From assembly GCA_030704615.1 (NCBI GenBank), contig CM060732.1, positions 47,492,001 through 47,556,000 of the forward strand: a stretch of DNA of 64,000 nt, in the 5' to 3' direction. The notes under the pieces are model-generated. The model did not search any database. It was not told the origin of the DNA and saw nothing but the letters and a program-made list of their open reading frames with translations. Position 1 is the stretch's first letter. Each line of letters starts with the position of its first letter. Source of the stretch: Takakia lepidozioides (lineage: Eukaryota > Plantae > Bryophyta). The position numbers were made by a program, and so were the translations under genes. Below, one piece after another: positions 13,337-27,156 of this stretch.

Positions 13337-13600
13337 AAGATTCCAAAGCCCAGGATAATATTCCATATCCCGAGACAATATTCCATAGCCCAAGTCCGGG
13401 GCTTTTATTCCTGAGAATTCCACAGGTCATTTGCACTGGCCCGGGGTTTTATGGGAACACACATAAACGCCATCCACTTACATCAGTGGTCCGGGCCTAG
13501 AGAGCGTGTGGAAGGTGGGGAAGATTCCATGGCCCGGGATAAAGATTCCATGGCCTGGGATAAAGATTCTATGTCTCGGGATGAAGAATCTGTAGTCTCA
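13337..13600. repeat. Two clusters of ~20-21-bp tandem repeats (AAGATTCCATGGCCCGGGATA-like)
   Basis: Units at 13337-13392 and 13521-13600; probably a TE subterminal repeat. Confidence 0.55.
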
Positions 13601-13781
13601 GAAAGGATATTCTGTTACGTATGAATGGTTCTGTAGGCATGTCTACTCTGGATCCGCAAGTTTCCATTTACGTCCGTTGAATTGTACAAAATATGCATAC
13701 GCGAGCAGGGACGTATATGTTGCTTATGTTTCTTTTGATTATGTTGGAAGGAAAGGCTCTAGCTGCTCTAGCTGCCCTAAG

Positions 13782-14090
13782 TTAGCAGAGCGTGCAGCAA
13801 AAGGCCTTCTTCAGTCGGATCCACACCACCCGGCAGCCTACGTGCTGCTCCCAAACATCTATGCTGCAGCTGGCAGGTGGGACGATAAAGCAAAGGTGAG
13901 AAAGATGATGGAGGACAGAGGTGTCAGAAAGGAGCCAGGGCGGAGCTGCATTGAGGTTAACAAGCAGATACATACATTTGTTGCAGATGACAAACTGCAT
14001 CCACAAACTGAGGAAATCCATGCTGAGCTGAAGAGGTTGTCTGGGCACATGAAGGAGGCCGGGTATGTGCCTGATACGCGTTTTGTGTAA
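13782..14090 (+). pseudogene. Orphan PPR E/E+ and start-of-DYW fragment
   Basis: AERAAKGLLQSDPHHPAAYVLLPNIYAAAGRWDDKAKVRKMMEDRGVRKEPGRS(PG box)...HPQTEEIHAEL...GYVPDTRFV*; no PPR array upstream and no deaminase signature downstream. Confidence 0.85.
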
Positions 14091-15341
14091 GTATTGCACT
14101 TGCATTGCAACCAAGTCTTACAGAGATTTACCCAATGAAAAGCACAACATCTTCATTAAAACAGCACCAAAACATCTCTGTTTAGGACCTGCTGCAGCAG
14201 TCTCAGGTGACATCACTATGAATGAAAGCAAAGAAAAAACAACGAGTGCATGTATCAGAGCTGCTATCTTAGACATGGCAACCCAGCACTATGTAGTTCG
14301 TCTTTGTCAAGAATTTTGTAACCTGTAATCCATCCCTGTGGCATCTGTTGGTACACTCTTCAATCGAAATTCCTCAAGTGTGATATTATTCTGGTGAGGA
14401 GAATTTGATCACAGTGACTAGACTTGACTGTGTGCTTTGCCCTATCTTTCTTCCTCATTTCCTTTTTGTCTCTAGGAACTTTCTGAGGAAGACAGGTATG
14501 GTGGCATGTTCCAGTGCCCTTCCGCACGAGCTGGGAGAAACCATACCCCAGAGCCTGTCTCATCTTTGTCGAAAATGGGTGGAAGGCCTCACATCACCCA
14601 GCAGGTCCAGCTTGTGGAGCTGAAGTGGGCAACCGCCTTTTATGCTAGACCCCAGACCCTTGCCAGCGACTGATGGCTATCTCCTGGGATACCCAAGAAG
14701 GGTGTAGATGTTGATAGCTTGCTAGAACCACCGGGACGCTACTGAACCAATCAATTCTAAATCTACTCAAGAATTCAGACAAATTCAAAGTGAGCTAAGT
14801 CCGTGCAATTAATGCTCTCAACCCAAGAGAGTGTTAAATTGATGCGCTCATAATCAATGTCAGGTCATAAGATGTCTCCCAGCAGATAATCTGTGCTTAT
14901 CATTTTATAAAAATCATGTGCACACTGTGAGCCTGTATGTCCTACCATTTCTAGTCCTGAGAATTATGGCAGGCCTCTTATTTGTTCTCTCATGGAGCAG
15001 CTGCAATTCACTGGGAGCTCAAATCTCAGATTTGGAACTGCACTGGACTTGAATCAAGAGTTACTGACATTGGTGGCAAGTAGAAGGAATAGGTGTACAC
15101 ACAATAGTGGGTACTCCCTACTAACAGTATCATCTTTGCCAAGCAATTTCACTGCGAGTCCTACACACAAGGATAGCCTGAAGCAATCTGCATTGCCTAT
15201 TTTGACCACATTTTGGCACAGACCCAAACTGAAATGCGAACTTTGGTCACTTCATATATCACTTATGACGTCGTTTCCCATTTTATATGAAGTTTTGGAA
15301 CCTTACTCCCCACAGACCCCTCTGGCCATCCCATCTTGTGT

Positions 15342-17775
15342 CTAGAGGTACTTGGCAAACCAGTCAAGCATCAGCTTATGTGCCTCTACAGCCGCCTCCA
15401 CTGCTGGTGGATCCGTCTCATCGTATCGCACTGTCCAACCATGCGTCACACCTGGAAATATCTTCACATAGCTTTTCAACTGCAAACCATCAAAAAATTA
15501 AGATGTGAGAAAGACAAAGAGGTCATCTCCAGGTTATGCTGCACAAGCCTGGCTAAAAGGGAAACTGCCTTGGAAATTGCCTCCAAATCTGTTAAAAAGA
15601 CATTTCCTGCATATGCCGAACTCCTTACAATATCAGACACAGTAGATTAAAAAGGACTACTGAAAGTTCATAATAAAGGTAAAAGGTATAGACCTCTGTG
15701 CGTGAAGCCAAGATTGGTATGGCCTTCTCAGCTCCATCTGTTGGAGCAGCCAATACTGAAATCGGTACAGTCACCTCTGCATTGACATCCGTGGTACTTG
15801 GATTCAACACTAGTATGTTAGAGGGCCAAGTTGGCTGTCTCAGTTTTGCCCACACTTTCCCCAGTCTTACCGTTTGAGGCTTGTATCGCTGATTCTGTGT
15901 CAAAGCCATGTAGATCTTCCCTCTTTAAATCTTCATTTGGGTCCTTTTCTTGGGAGGTGATTGACCTTCCCAGCTATTCTTCCCTTGTGGCTCTCTGGTT
16001 GCTAAATCAGTCTGGGTTCCTACCTGTTTGGGAGTGCCAAGGGTGTCAGCAAGGTTCATGTACTAAGTTTATTGGGTGGTTACGCTTGCTTCGGCAAGAA
16101 TTTTCATTCCTTTTTTCTTCTTTTTATTTGGGGGTGCTGCCAATCCTCTTTGCCCACAAAAGGGTTAAGAGAGAAGGAGAATGACATCATATATTACATC
16201 TGGAAGGGCCTTATGCTAGTCAGAAAGATAATGAGGATTTCCAGACTTAGCTCTTCTGCACTTGGAACAAGCAAGAAAAGAGAGGAAAAAAAGGGCGATG
16301 GATCCGAATTTGCTAAGCACTGAAGATTACAATCATAAAGCAAAATATTTGGAAAATGAACACAAAATACAACCATAACTTGTCATATAATATGGCAATG
16401 GATTATGGGACTGGCCTTCATAGTCTGTAGTTTCAAGTATGGAGGGATGCAGCTGCACAACCGCATTAATAACCTCCTCCTTACCTAGAAGAACTGCAAC
16501 TTTTGCTGCACAAACAATAGAGACATATCAACAAAGACATCCAAATATCGACTGCCTGAGAGCAAATTGTTTAATAAGTTTATATATCCTGGATGTTACA
16601 AAACCAATTTTGTAAAAGGGACAGGACCAGATAAATGTTGAGTGTATCCAGCAAACGACGACAGAACCAGTAATAATGCTTGAAAGAAAAACAATCGGGA
16701 GAGCTAAACAGTATAACCTCCCCAACAGAAGCCTGCTACACCGATGGAGCTTATTCCTTTGGCCTTAATTCCTTCCACTACCTGCTTTGCAGCACCTACT
16801 GCTGCGGCCTGCATCACCATCACACAGGCCATTAAAAGGCCACAACCTCACTATCCTAAAACTATCCAATCTAGGCTACAGCCCTGCTGGCTACTCTCGT
16901 TGCAAAGCTCTCCCACTCATCATGTCTTCACTGGTGCAGGTATCGCTTTTCTCCCTCAGATGTTGGAAGCATCAAAGGTAAACTGCAGACATTCTACAAT
17001 AGCTCTATAGGCCTTCAAATATCAGAAGGTACATTTGCACTAATAAAATTTCTTGCCATCACGATAACTTACTGGTGTGTGAAATCTGTACCGGTGTCTG
17101 TCTCCCATGCGCCCTCAAGGTCCCTGTTGGTTTTGTGTCCCTTGGGCCCCTTGGATCTTTCGGGGTCTAATAAACTTGTTTGTGTATTTCTATCTCTCAC
17201 ATACCACACATGAATGCACAAAACCCGTAGAGGAGCTCGTACTCATCCTGCCTTTAGGAGTAGGAGAAATATAGAGATATACTCATTAGCCAGTCCCTGC
17301 GAATCCCCACGACCCTCCCAAAGCTGGTCCTAGGATATATGACACTTGTCCTGAATTTCCATACGGCTCACACACAGCAAACAACGATCTAGCTATGTAC
17401 TCATAAGACGTTGGTTGCTGTAGCCTTTTGGCCATAGACCCAATCTCACTACAAAAAGAATGTGCTCAGAGACGTTGTTTGCCATAGCCTTGTGGTCATA
17501 TTACCCTGCGCCCCATTTGGGAGAGTTACACTGAATTTGTGAGGAGCTCACTCCAGTAGTGGGACTTAATTGGTTTGGGCTTTCCACATTTCCTCTAGAA
17601 ATCATTTCACACAAGCATCAATCTATTGTGTTGTGTAAGATCTGCCCAACAATTAGACCGGCCAGGGCTTTAGGCTCAGCCTCAAGATTTTGAAAATTTG
17701 TGAACAGAGGTGCAGGGACAACATTCTTGATGATCCTGAAGAGGTCTACGTGTGTGTGAGTGAGTGAGTGAGAGA

Positions 17776-17811
<36 letters not shown>

Positions 17812-19937
17812 CATGTGATTTGGCAGCCATCTGTGGATGCTGGCCAAATGGTCCTCCCCAACTCCAGGTTTCAAAATATCTTCACCAAAAAAGTTCGGGA
17901 CGACCACCAGGTAGCCCTCGTCTGCCACTTTGTCAGCCAGTTTCCTGTCATACTCATTATAAGAAGCTGTAAGACCTATCCCACGAACAAGTGCTCTGGC
18001 TCCTGCTATGGACCCCAAGAGATGTCTGATCTAGACTGAAGATAGAAAGAGAGAGTAGCCTTTCCAAAGCCTGCTTAGAACCGAGCAACCTAAAACAACT
18101 GGTGCAGAGACCGGCATGCTCATGCTTAAAAGTTGCCTAGAACAGAGGCTATGATGAGTTTGAGGGAACATTCCCAGGGATGCTGGCCCTTCAGGAGTCC
18201 GGCCTGGAGTTATGAACGTGTATGGAACACGATCTGATAGTCGAAATGACAGATGATGTAGAACTTGCAAAGATACTGTAGTAGAAGGCGTGACTTTCAT
18301 TCTACTACTGCCATAATAGCTCTATACTCGGACACATCGGACACAATGTAGAGAAAAGGCATAGAGACAGGGAGTTGTCACCTAAGAAGAGGTGCCTTAT
18401 ATCCTGTACATAGGCAACCAACATAGCAGCGAAAAGAGGACCATGTTAGTACACGTGCTCACATTCAAGAAGTGTGCTCAAGCTTCAATCTGAACTTGAA
18501 TGGGACTCAGCATCAATTCTCCCTATTCCAGGATCACTTTAGCCTCATTTTCATTTCACATTTCTCACCTTGTTTCAATCTGATATATAACTGATATCAG
18601 ATCACCTGAGAATAGCAAGCTCAGTACTTTCAGACTAGGTACAAAACAGAGACTTTGGCGCAAACTGTGAAGCCCTACTGAAGTGCGGAAACTTCTGTCT
18701 GTATCTGTATGCAGTGGAGTCTAAGAATTGGAGAATTCATGGTTTAACCTATAATCACAGCTAGCACTCTGGCTCAGCGTTTTATGTACACTAGCTACCC
18801 CAAAGGAGTCCCAGAATTCCATTATAGAGCAACTGGTATCTTATCCCAGTCAAGTGCACCAGGGTGCAGATTCCAGCTTTGGTGCTAAGAGAAAATGTTA
18901 ATTTCTCTTAAGGTGATCTCCAACATGAGCTGCTGGTTGGACAAAGTTGTTGTGTGTTGATGAAGTTCTCCTTTAGTTACTGCCAGAACCTATCAGAGGA
19001 GTTTGTAAATTGGGCCTGGCTGTACTATGGGGACTACCTGACTCTTGTACCATGCCAACAATCGTTCAGTGGATAGCATTCATCCATGTGCACATTTCCT
19101 AGGGAGAGCTACATTACAGAATGCACACACCTATCGCATAATGATAAGCGAATCCACACTATACAACAAACGCTCAAGCGACGGAAACGGAGGGGAAAAT
19201 TATGAGATTTGTAAAGACAGAGAAGAGAAGCGCGGCGTATCAGCTCAACTTAATAGTCGTATGGCTGTTTTTTTCCCTGAATCAGGTATGATATTATTAG
19301 CGATAATTGTCTCCATATGCAAGCGTCTCCATATACGTCGGATGAAAACCTGAAATGTTGGATGACAAATAGCCGTACCGACATATTAAGTAAGATAATG
19401 TCCATCCGTCGAAGCAATCGAGAATAATCCTCGCAGCAGACTCGCTGCGAGGATTATTCTAGATAATGCTCCTCCACATTGACATCTGTCAAAAAAAATT
19501 CTTTGTAATTCAAGGAACCTCCCTGGCCGCAAGGGTCCCCCGATTTGCGGGAAGTACTTTCCGCGTTTGGAAGGGTCCCCCGATTTGCGGGGCAAGGAGT
19601 GGGAAATGAAAAATTTCCCAGTTTTTCACGTTGGGGAAGGGTCGTTCCCACGGCCCTTCCTGAACCACGGCCCTTCCTGAATTTTCGAGCACCCAGAACT
19701 CGGGCTCCGCCCTCGTTGCCGGTGCTCTCAAATTCTTGAAGGGCCTTGGGAACGACCCTTCCCTAATACATAACGGAGAAAGAGATTTGACGTACCGAAA
19801 ACGTCGGAGACGAGGATCACAGCAGCCGAGGAAGACTCCGAACCGGTGATGTACACAGAGAGCCCGGCTATGGTGTCCTCTTTCCCAACAGAGCTTTCCA
19901 CCGCTCGAGGCGCGGGTGTGCAGCACTCCTTCTGCAT
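15342..19937 (-). CDS. Dienelactone hydrolase family protein (carboxymethylenebutenolidase / endo-1,3;1,4-beta-glucanase-like), 7 exons: 19937-19796, 18403-18382, 17944-17809, 16808-16718, 16505-16416, 15776-15694, 15479-15342
   Basis: Spliced frame MQKECCTPAP...VILVSDVFG|YKAPLLR|KLADKVADEGYLVVVPNFF...|...SIGVAGFCWG|AKVAV...QLHPS...|EVTVPISVLAAPTD...|...IFPGVTHGWTVRY...WFAKYL*. Phases are consistent, and the GFCWG nucleophile, Asp and His are present. Confidence 0.9.
17395..17750 (-). mobile_element. 5'-truncated copy of the (CT)n-associated LINE inside DLH intron 3
   Basis: Homologous to 1020-1297 (LFTNFQNLEAEPKA..., ATTTCTAGAGGAAATGTGG); 3' terminus ACAAGGCTA...CAACGTCT present twice; (CT)n/(CA)n on its 5' side at 17750-17806. 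Confidence 0.65.
19634..19763. repeat. Inverted repeat / small MITE in DLH intron 1
   Basis: GGGAAGGGTCGTTCCCACGGCCCTTC pairs with GAAGGGCCTTGGGAACGACCCTTCCC (1 mismatch); a direct repeat AAGGGTCCCCCGATTTGCGGG x2 lies just upstream. Confidence 0.55.
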
Positions 19938-19981
19938 GGTGGCGTCTCAAATCGTCTCACCGCACTTTGATGCAATGCTCT

Positions 19982-20023
<42 letters not shown>

Positions 20024-21337
20024 AAGGGGACTGTTCCGACAACACTCCGGCCACGTATGCACATGCGAATCTAGGGCCCACGGGCCACTAACAAACTGCC
20101 GTGCACAAAAACTGAGTTCGGACAGCTGCCCGAACTTTTCTGCCCGTCTCTCCCGGCTCTCTTGTTTTCTACCCCAGGATGGCTATGGCGGACGAGCTCG
20201 GGAGCTGATGCGCAACATTGCGACCACTTTATGAGTCTTGTTGAAACCTGCAGCAGCTACTTTTTGCCAAGTTTTGTTGCCACTGATAACTTGCCTGCAG
20301 GTTTTTGGAATCTCTCACTTCCAAGACTTCACTTTTTGGAATTCTGGTTACTATTGAGACTGGATAGATGGATTTTCTGTTGCACTGTCGGAGATGTGAT
20401 AGATGATCCGAGATGATGTTGAGATGAGAAGCCCGCTTTGCAATAATATAAGTTTAGATGTTGTGAATCACAGATCACTCACTAGTGGCAATGGTGCAGA
20501 GATGATAGTGAGAAGAAGAACGCAGATTTTATTTTTGTTTTTGTTTTTGTTTTGCAGAACAGGGGAACGGAGACCCTGGCATTTCATTGATGGGTGAAAA
20601 AATACAAGGTGTTCGCAGAACAAAGAAGATACACAGGTGAGATGAAAGAATAACCTCTACCAGAGTGCCATAGAGGCTGATCGGGGCAGACACTGCTCCG
20701 TGGCCAAGGAACGAAGAAAGAAGCAAAAGAAAGAGTGGATTTGAGAGAAGAAAGACCTAAAACTACCACGTTAATTGCAGCCAGGTGCAGCCGGGGCCTA
20801 AGTCCCTCAAAAAAAATAAAAATGTATGCCACTTGGGAAGGGTGCGTAACTTATGGCGTCTCCCCAATCCATTATCTTGCCCTATAATATCCCATATATC
20901 ATTTTCCATTAGGTTATAGTAGCTGAGCATCCTGGCACAGCGAGGATATTACAAGCATAAAAAAAGCAAGTAGAAAAAACTATTTGAAACAGTGAGATGG
21001 TTCCAAAAAACTTTCCCTCAATTGGGATATGATGTGGTATAGCCATCAAGCAGGCAAGGATAAGATTGAGCTTTGCCGTAGTGTCTCTCTGACTAATCTA
21101 TTGTGTCGTTATGCAAAGGACGATCCAATTCCAGCCAACACTAGTCAGGAAGGTGTAGAACCAGCCTTATACTTCAATTGTGACTTGCCATACACAACTG
21201 TCCATCCACTTTCTTTGGTTATCAGTGATGATTTGTTGTTTACTTGCAGATGGCATGTGGCCTTGGCAGTTTTGATTGAGGTTAGTGTGGTAGATAGCTC
21301 AAGCTGGCAAAGGAGTTGAAACAACATCAATCGGATA

Positions 21338-23315
21338 TTAGGTCAAGTGTTGTTGGTAAGGCTGCAGCTTACCTTCAAAGAGCTCCCTTGGTGTGATTGA
21401 AATTCCAAGCTGCCTCGCAAATTTTTTCATGACAAACTCTTCAGACGCTTCACATACTGACACCACTGTACCCTTACGACCCAGCCTGCCAGTGCGACCA
21501 CCCCTATGTGCATAGTGGGATCCATCTGTTGGTAATTCTAAATTGACTACAAGGTCACAGTTTGGAATATCCAAGCCTCGAGCGCCCACCTCACTCACCA
21601 GCAAGACACGCAGCTTCCCGTTCCTGAATGATGTCAGTACGTTGGCTCTCTCCATTTTGTTCAACTCACCATGAAGAGTACCTGCCACGGTGATTTTAAA
21701 AAGTCACAAAATTGTTGCCGCAAGGATGACTGACACCATGAATTGGAAAAAAACCTCAGATTGAATGGTTATGATACGGGTATGTGTTAGTCTGAAACAG
21801 ATGCTAGCTAGTCTATACGGAGCTTGCTACGCCACGAGAGAAACTAAATTTCTAACTCACATTACAGTCCCTCATTGCACAATAGATGGCATAGAGTACA
21901 TGTAAACAAAGTCAATACCTGGAAAATTGTCCATTGGTACTTGAGACAGGTCATGTTACCTGCAGAAATGCCTCTGGCCTGCAGCTTAAATTCTGTGTCC
22001 TTCAGGCGGCGTGAATGGTTCATGAACACTGTAACTGATTGAGCATCTAATGCATGGATGCATTTCCTCAACATATCCACATGGTACCGCCAAGGTGCCA
22101 CTACATAAGAATGCTCTAAATTTGGTGGCATGCTCTCTTTTGCTCCCTGCAAATCCACAGACTCTGGGGTGTCTTCTTTGCCTGCCTCTGATTGGGAAGA
22201 AGGGAGAGTGTGACCCACTTTCACAACCTCAATTATGGATGTGGCGCGGATTAAAAGAGGACGATGGCCCCAAACAGCGGCTGCTCGTAAGACTCCTGGG
22301 GGCATTGTTGCTGAGACAAGAACTGTTTGGCGTTCAAGTCTCCTCCCTCTCGCAGAAGAAGATGGTGGTTTTGATGAGCATTTATTAGCTGGTGATGATG
22401 TTGAAGGGGGGAGGTGTTGATGATACTGAGGGGTATGAGTCTTGCCCTAAGTCAGTGTGTTCCTTGTTCTCTTCCCCTGCAGTTCGACGCTGCCCAACAT
22501 GCTCCAATATCCGGCGCATATCTACATGGAATTCTGTCGACAACAGCTGGTCAGCCTCATCCAGCACCAAAAACCGGCAGCCGTGAGTATGCAACTTGCC
22601 AGTCCTACTAATTTCTGAGATTCTTCCTGGTGTACCCACAACAATGAGAGGCTTGTTTCTCTTGAGTGCATCTTCTTGCCGATTCTGGTTGGCCCCACCT
22701 ATCAATTGCTGAACAACCTTCTTGTAGGCAGCCCCCAAGATCCTTTCAGCCTCTCTCACTATCTGCATTGCAAGCTCTCTTGAAGGCACTACTATGAGAG
22801 CTTCTACACCCCCCTTGTTTGTTGTTTCTGGAGTGGGTGCTTTCTCCCCATCTTGCAGCTGCCGGAGAGGCCCGATTCTTGAGAGAATAGGAAGAAGGTA
22901 TGCAAGGGTTTTGCCAGATCCTGTGTATGATTGCAGGGCAGCATCATGGCCATCCAATAAAGTGGGAATTGCTGCCACCTGTGACCCAAGTAACCTTCAA
23001 GGAAATCAAAAACACAATGAAGGGATGTTCCCACTTCCTAAGCTGAATAGCCCTGTGAGTACCACACGCACAATATCTGAACAGGCATTACCCACCGACA
23101 TAGAAAATCTCCAACACGGGAGTGCATAAGAGAGGGAAAGGGAAGAGTACAGAAGTCAGTCCGTACTTCTCGTAGCCATAAACACTGCTGCCCATTCATA
23201 TCAGAGCAAGACAGAAAGGCCCAAAGTTACTACTTGGTCTGTGTGTGTGTGTGTTTGTGTGTGTGTGGGTGAGAGATTGTACTCATAAGACGTTGTTTGC
23301 CGTAGCCTTGTGTGT

Positions 23316-23350
<35 letters not shown>

Positions 23351-23760
23351 CGAAATGTTGTTACAAAGGCAGGCCCCCAAAAATACTAACAACGGGTTCT
23401 GATAGCACTAACCTGAACATCAGTAGGGACTTCCAAGTTCTCCTCCTTCAGTCTCTGTAGCAGTTTCCCTGGAAGGTTGAGAGCAGTGAATCTCTTCTCT
23501 GCAAAAGGAAACGATCGAGTGTCAACTGGGTCAGCCTTGGTGAGCACTTTGCACTTCAACCTCTCCCTCTTCCTGTCTGCTCTATCCACCTGTTCGCTCA
23601 GCTTGATGAGAGAGAGGTTGCCCTCATACGGCTTTCTGGGGATGCGGACGAGGTCGCTGGATATGCTCGCATTAAGTGCTCCGTTGGTGGTGGTAGAGAA
23701 ATGAGGTAAGGGATGCAGAGGCGGGAATGGTAGAGATGAGACAGAGCATATGGGGTGCAT
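21338..23760 (-). CDS. RH47: DEAD-box RNA helicase, RH47/ISE1-like (organellar), 3 exons: ~23760-23413, 22978-21960, 21681-21338; one +1 frameshift at G6 22406-22411
   Basis: Q motif PTDVQ|VAAIP, QSYTGSGKT, VPSRELAMQ, GTPGR, LDEAD, VSAT, ARGLD, YAHRGGRTGR; GT-AG introns. Start codon uncertain (ATG 23760, or out-of-frame ATG 23816). Confidence 0.85.
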
Positions 23761-25479
23761 ATCTGCAGCGATGCAAGGGAGCTTGTGCGCCCACAAACAG
23801 GTATACTTAGCGCCATTCTCAGGCTACAGGAAATTCACTTCTATCTGGGCATGTCGGTCCTTGAGAACACCGAGCTTTAATTCTCCCACAATTTGCTGCA
23901 GATGCATCTGCCCAAAGGCCGGATTTTCTCCACAGTGCTCAGAGGAAGAGAGAAAAGGAAAGAAACAAGGAACGAAGGTTGCCCAGCGCACAAAAGGATG
24001 AACTTCAGTGCATGATTACTGAAACGACGCCTACGTTGGATGGGTAGTGGTGGATGGGTAGAGATCTTCGTCCCCAATACCAGCCTTGGGTTGCGGGTTC
24101 GTGAGCATCTCTTACGTCAAGAATCTCTGCAGATTTCTCACGTCAGCCATTGCTTACAACAAGATCCCGAGAAGCAAGCCCAAACTTGGAACCCAGTTTG
24201 AACATATCACTCGGAGGCTAGAGTTTCTTGTTGCGTAAGCCATCGTTGAGCTTAGAAATGGATCCTAGGGTGCTACAAATGCTGTAGGGTGATATTCTAT
24301 GGCCCCGTGCAAGGTATGCTTATGTACATAGTGGGTTTCTCTGTAGCACTCCTTGGAAAGCCACTATTAACGGGGTTTTCCTTGGACCTATTAATATCCC
24401 AGGTCTCATCAACTAAACACTTTGTGTAGGTAGTCATCTGAGTTTCAGACACCTTCAGAACTGGCTTGTCAACATTGAAGCATACACAACTTGCAGAATG
24501 GGGGCTCAGAAGCCCTCCAGAAACTCAAACATCACAACCTGTTAGATCAACATAAATTACATGGGACACCTTACAGCTGCTCATCCTTGCAGGATCTGAG
24601 ATCTCAGCGACCCAGAATGCACCCCTAAGTCTTCCAATATCATCTTAAAATCCACAAACAGAACAAGAACCGGCAAAACTGCTGACAGAATTTCATAAGA
24701 AGTAAGAGCAGTGACAGTCAATGAAATGCTGTCCGCCCGGGCAAGGGCCGGAGGCATCTTGCACGCAACGTGTGGGATCTCGCCCTAGGGGAAGGGAGGG
24801 CACAGTACATATGCTCTTTGCCATTGCAAATAGGAGCAAAGATCAGAGGAAATTTTCTTATATAAAGTACCCATGTTTAGTAGCTCTACTAGCTCTGCAC
24901 TATTTACAAAACTACACTTTTATGTCTAAACTAAGATGGCTGTCAAAAACCACTCTGAAGCTTGCAAGCTGTTGTGTTCGGGGCAAGAGGAAGCCAGCCC
25001 CACGATGCCAGCCACAAGTTATACACCCATGTCCGTGCCTGATCAGTCTTGAACAGGATGAGACCATCACCCTACGGTGGTGGGCTGTACAGAAGAGCAT
25101 GGTCCTAATTGTGGTGTGAAGATTGGATCTTCATTGAAGTTTCAAGACAGCAGTGCATACTCTGGTCGGGTGGCAGATAATGATCTATGGACGGTCTCCG
25201 GTCTAGCATGGGCTCTGGAGGAGCGTGATTGTCAACTACAATCAGCCTTGCTTGAAGGGCAGCCCTTGCGAGCCCAAGCTCCTTCTATATCATTGTAATT
25301 GGTATGCTTCTATGTTTGTGGTGTGTATAATGCGGAGAGCGAGCCCAGATTGACTTGCAAATTGTTATCCAAAGCTTCAGCCCTCCTCAATAGAGCCTGA
25401 GCAAGCAGAAGCTGACACAGTTCTCTTGTTCTTGCAGTTCTTGAATGTTGGGTAAGTAATGACCACAAAATATCTCTGG

Positions 25480-26674
25480 CAGGAGTTCTACTCACCTCCT
25501 TCACAGTGGCGACAACAGGTTTGAGAAAGTGAGCTATTCTCTTTAGGTTTTGCAAAATCTGGGATGGAAGCTGATATGATGATGCTTTGTGGAAAAGTAG
25601 CAATTTTGTTGTTGGTCTTCCTTGTTAGAGGGCATGAAAGAACCTACTTCAAGGTAGTTCCCTATCATTTTCAAAGTTTAGATTGTTGGTGGTTGTAGCC
25701 CAGTTTATGCGAGCGGTTGAAATCATATGGCTGATTTGCCCCCCACTTGTGAGACAGAAAAGTCCAAGCTTACCAGACTTAAGGCGCAAGCGCACAAAGG
25801 AAATGCTTTGGATTGCGGGTGGTCAAATCTACCTTGGGTGAAGGCAAAGGTAGCTGCTATGATACAAGATCAAGCACAATCTGGTGATGGTTTTCTTGTC
25901 AATGGACAGCATGGACCAGGCTGTGAATGCAATAGGTAAAATAATTTTGGATGCAGATTACTGTGAAAGTAGATTAATGCAGTAGTTTTGTACCGCTGTT
26001 CATTGCAAGAAGCTTGTCCTTGTGAAGGGAACTTCCTTACAAGTACCCTGGGAGCTTTGACATATCGATGTGACTAAAGAGTCTTGAGTCGTGTAGGGGG
26101 GTAGGGTCGAATCAGCCACATTTGCTCGTTGGACATCAGGCTGAGGCCAGGGGAACCTCCTCCGTCAGAACTGCTCTTGAAAGACCAAGAGAGGGAGTCA
26201 ACAAGAACCGTTATGTTGCTTGCATGGATGTGAGGCACTCTGTAAGGCACGACGACTGAAACAGGCAGTGTGCATTTTAAACAAACAAGGCATTTAGGCA
26301 GCCTGCAATACTTATGTTTGTGTCTTGCAGCAGTGCATCAGAATGAAAACACGATGTTTTTTAGGGCATCAAAAACTTCTTTGTTGACCTTCACATCTAC
26401 AAAATGCCTCGTCTCAAGCAGAAGTTCCAAAATGATTTGAGCACCGTCCTTATAGTCGCAATCTGCTGGAGCTTTCTGTGTCATTGATGAAGGAAAATCG
26501 CTGGGCAAAGGGGACTTGTGGTCGGTTACTCGGTGGGAGAGGTGGTGGCTTCCGCGACGACCCAGCTTTTGCTTGGGCCGCTGGCTGCGCAGGACGAACT
26601 GCATGTTTTGCAAGAGTGGCCTGCATCTTCTCTTGCTGCTTGTTGAACATCGCAAGCTTTTGTGCGAGTGCCAT
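25480..26674 (-). pseudogene. GTF2E2: Transcription factor TFIIE beta subunit pseudogene
   Basis: MALAQKLAMFNKQQEKMQATL matches the plant TFIIE-beta N-terminus (MAL..L..F.KQQEKCQ.TL); after a frameshift GAQIILELLLETR...VDVKVNKEVFDALK matches the winged-helix region; the downstream part is heavily decayed. Confidence 0.7.
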
Positions 26675-27156
26675 CTTGAAAACCTAATTCTCAAACAACA
26701 GCACAGAAACCGCTACCCCCAGTCCTGTCAGCCCCTCCACAGATCCAGGCAATCTCCAAATCCTTTTCTCAAAACCTCCTCAAAACCCCAAAACCCCAAA
26801 ACCTCAAATCCTTCTCAAACCCAGAAGGAATTCCTCGGAAGAAGCGATTGAGAAAGAATCAAAAGTGGAGCTTGTAACTCCGTATACATAGTCCCCCCTC
26901 GTTGAATGAACTTCATCCATTCCTTCACAAGGACGGAACAGGCCCGGAAGGTGGGACACGCCAACGATTCCCATAGACGCTGGTTAGGGTTTGGTAGGTT
27001 GTCGTTTCCTCTCTCTCTGCGCTTATCTCGAGCGACAGCGATCGGCCGAGTGGGGTGGTGGAGTAGCTTCGCACATGGAGGATCTACCTGGTTGAAACTG
27101 CGTCTGGAGAACTCGAATCTATATACTTCGTTTCTGGCTGCGCCGTTACACTCATC

